Below are positions 62,850-64,000 of a DNA stretch of 64,000 bases, piece by piece. The stretch comes from an uncultured Gemmatimonadales bacterium. GTDB taxonomy: Bacteria > Gemmatimonadota > Gemmatimonadetes > Gemmatimonadales > Gemmatimonadaceae. The first letter of the stretch is position 1, and the number at the start of each line of letters is the position of its first letter. Both the position numbers and the translations under genes were made by a program. The stretch lies in NCBI GenBank assembly GCA_963850905.1, contig CAWKMU010000003.1, forward strand, positions 1,984,001 to 2,048,000. Reading direction: 5' to 3'. Under the pieces are notes generated by a model. That model saw only the letters and a list, made by a program, of their open reading frames with translations. It did not search any database and had not been told where the DNA came from.

Positions 62850-63295
62850 CCGCACTCGCCCCAGCCATCGACAGCCTGTCGCTCGACATCACGGAAGAAG
62901 TCCGCGTTCGAGCGCCTCTCACCGCGACGTTCGCAGCACTGCTCGAGGAAATGGGTCCATCGAACCAGGGTCACGAAGGCGCCCCCATGCCGATGGTCCT
63001 CGAGGCCTGGCCGGGTGGCCGCTGGTTTCGCGACCTGGGCGGCAACAACGGCCACCTATGGGGCCACGTGCAAGCGATCAAGCGCCCGACGCTGCTCGAG
63101 ATCACTGGACCGCTCATGATGTCCTTCGCCGTCGCCAACAACCTACAATACCGCCTCAAGGAGGTCGACGGCGCCACGGCGATCACGCTTCACCACTCCG
63201 CGCTCGGCCTGTTTCCCGAAGGGTATCGAGAGGGGTTCTCGGAGGGGTGGCCGCTCTTCGTCGCCCGCATTCGACGACGAGCCGAGCACGCGTAG
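62846..63295 (+). CDS. SRPBCC/AHSA1-family protein
   Basis: ATGA overlap with arsR; LEAWPGGRWFRDLG, WGHVQ.IK.P.LLE, EGW. Confidence 0.8.
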   Translation: MTALAPAIDSLSLDITEEVRVRAPLTATFAALLEEMGPSNQGHEGAPMPMVLEAWPGGRWFRDLGGNNGHLWGHVQAIKRPTLLEITGPLMMSFAVANNLQYRLKEVDGATAITLHHSALGLFPEGYREGFSEGWPLFVARIRRRAEHA

Positions 63296-63343
63296 AACTA
63301 TTAATGCGTGGTTGCTACCGACCCGAATTGTAGATCTGTTTCT

Positions 63344-63387
63344 GACGTCCAACGTCTAGAACGTCTAACGTCCAGTTAACGTCTAGC
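63344..63387. repeat. ACGTC(C/T)A heptamer run, same family as 10009-10118
   Basis: gacgtccaacgtctagaacgtctaacgtccagttaacgtctagc. Confidence 0.55.
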
Positions 63388-63418
63388 CTGTCAATTGGCC
63401 ATGCGCCCAAGAATCGAC

Positions 63419-64000
63419 ATGCTCACAAGCGACCTCCGGTTCGCGTTTCGTTCGCTGTCGCGCGCCAAGGGTCTCGCGATCACGGTTATCCTCACACTCG
63501 CGCTCGGGATCGGCGCGAACGCCGCCATCTTCACCATCGTCCGCGGTGTGCTCCTCCGTCCGCTCGTCAATCGCGACGAGAGCACACTGATCTATGTTCG
63601 CCAAAGCCAGCCAGGACTCGGAAACCCGAACGCGTCGTTCTCCGTTCCCGAGCTCCAGGACATCGAGTCTGGCGTCCATTCCATGAACCGATTCGGCGAT
63701 TTCTCGACGATTGCCTTTTCGGTCGTAGGCCTCGGTGCCCCGCGGGAGGTGCGCGCGGGTGTCGTGGGCGGCTCCTATTTCGATGTGATGGGGTTGCATC
63801 CGGTCCTCGGTCGGCTGATCGGCCCGCGCGATGACGGGCCGAACGCGCCTGGCGTAGTCGTGCTCACCCATCGGTTCTGGTCGACGACGCTCCAGAGCGA
63901 TCCGTCGCTCATCGGCAAGACCGTACGCCTCGGTAGCGGCTCGCTGGGTTCGCGGATGGCCACGATCATCGGCGTGCTCGAACCATCGATCCCGTATCCC
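63419..64000 (+). CDS. ADOP/MacB-like ABC transporter permease, N-terminal part, runs off the window
   Basis: MLTSDLRFAFRSL...TLALGIGANAAIFTIV.GVLLRPL; YFDVMG..P.LGR. Confidence 0.85.
   Translation, partial: MLTSDLRFAFRSLSRAKGLAITVILTLALGIGANAAIFTIVRGVLLRPLVNRDESTLIYVRQSQPGLGNPNASFSVPELQDIESGVHSMNRFGDFSTIAFSVVGLGAPREVRAGVVGGSYFDVMGLHPVLGRLIGPRDDGPNAPGVVVLTHRFWSTTLQSDPSLIGKTVRLGSGSLGSRMATIIGVLEPSIPYP

Overview
High-GC bacterial chromosome segment. The gene repertoire (SusC/SusD pair, ADOP-type permease, BTAD-TPR regulator, eukaryote-like Ser/Thr kinase) suggests Gemmatimonadota, but this is inference only. The left third is housekeeping: phoB-phoR-pstS, purine nucleoside phosphorylase, thiD, trmH-like, prepilin peptidase, lon, and ffh-rpsP-rimM-trmD-rplS-rnhB. 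The most notable feature is a tRNA-Lys(UUU) gene (20271-20575) split after anticodon position 34 by a 232-nt self-splicing group I intron with Azoarcus/cyanobacterial IC3-like motifs. It is followed by a c-di-GMP-I riboswitch ahead of a beta-helix lipoprotein. Next comes an 8-gene gas-vesicle cluster with no recognisable gvpC/N/O, apparently co-transcribed with a KimA-like K+ transporter and a PAS histidine kinase. The right half is a patchwork of accessory genes. Several families of inverted heptamer repeats sit in intergenic regions. A few single-base lesions (pstS in-frame TGA, trmH/prepilin peptidase junction, M61 peptidase, kinase remnant) may be assembly errors.
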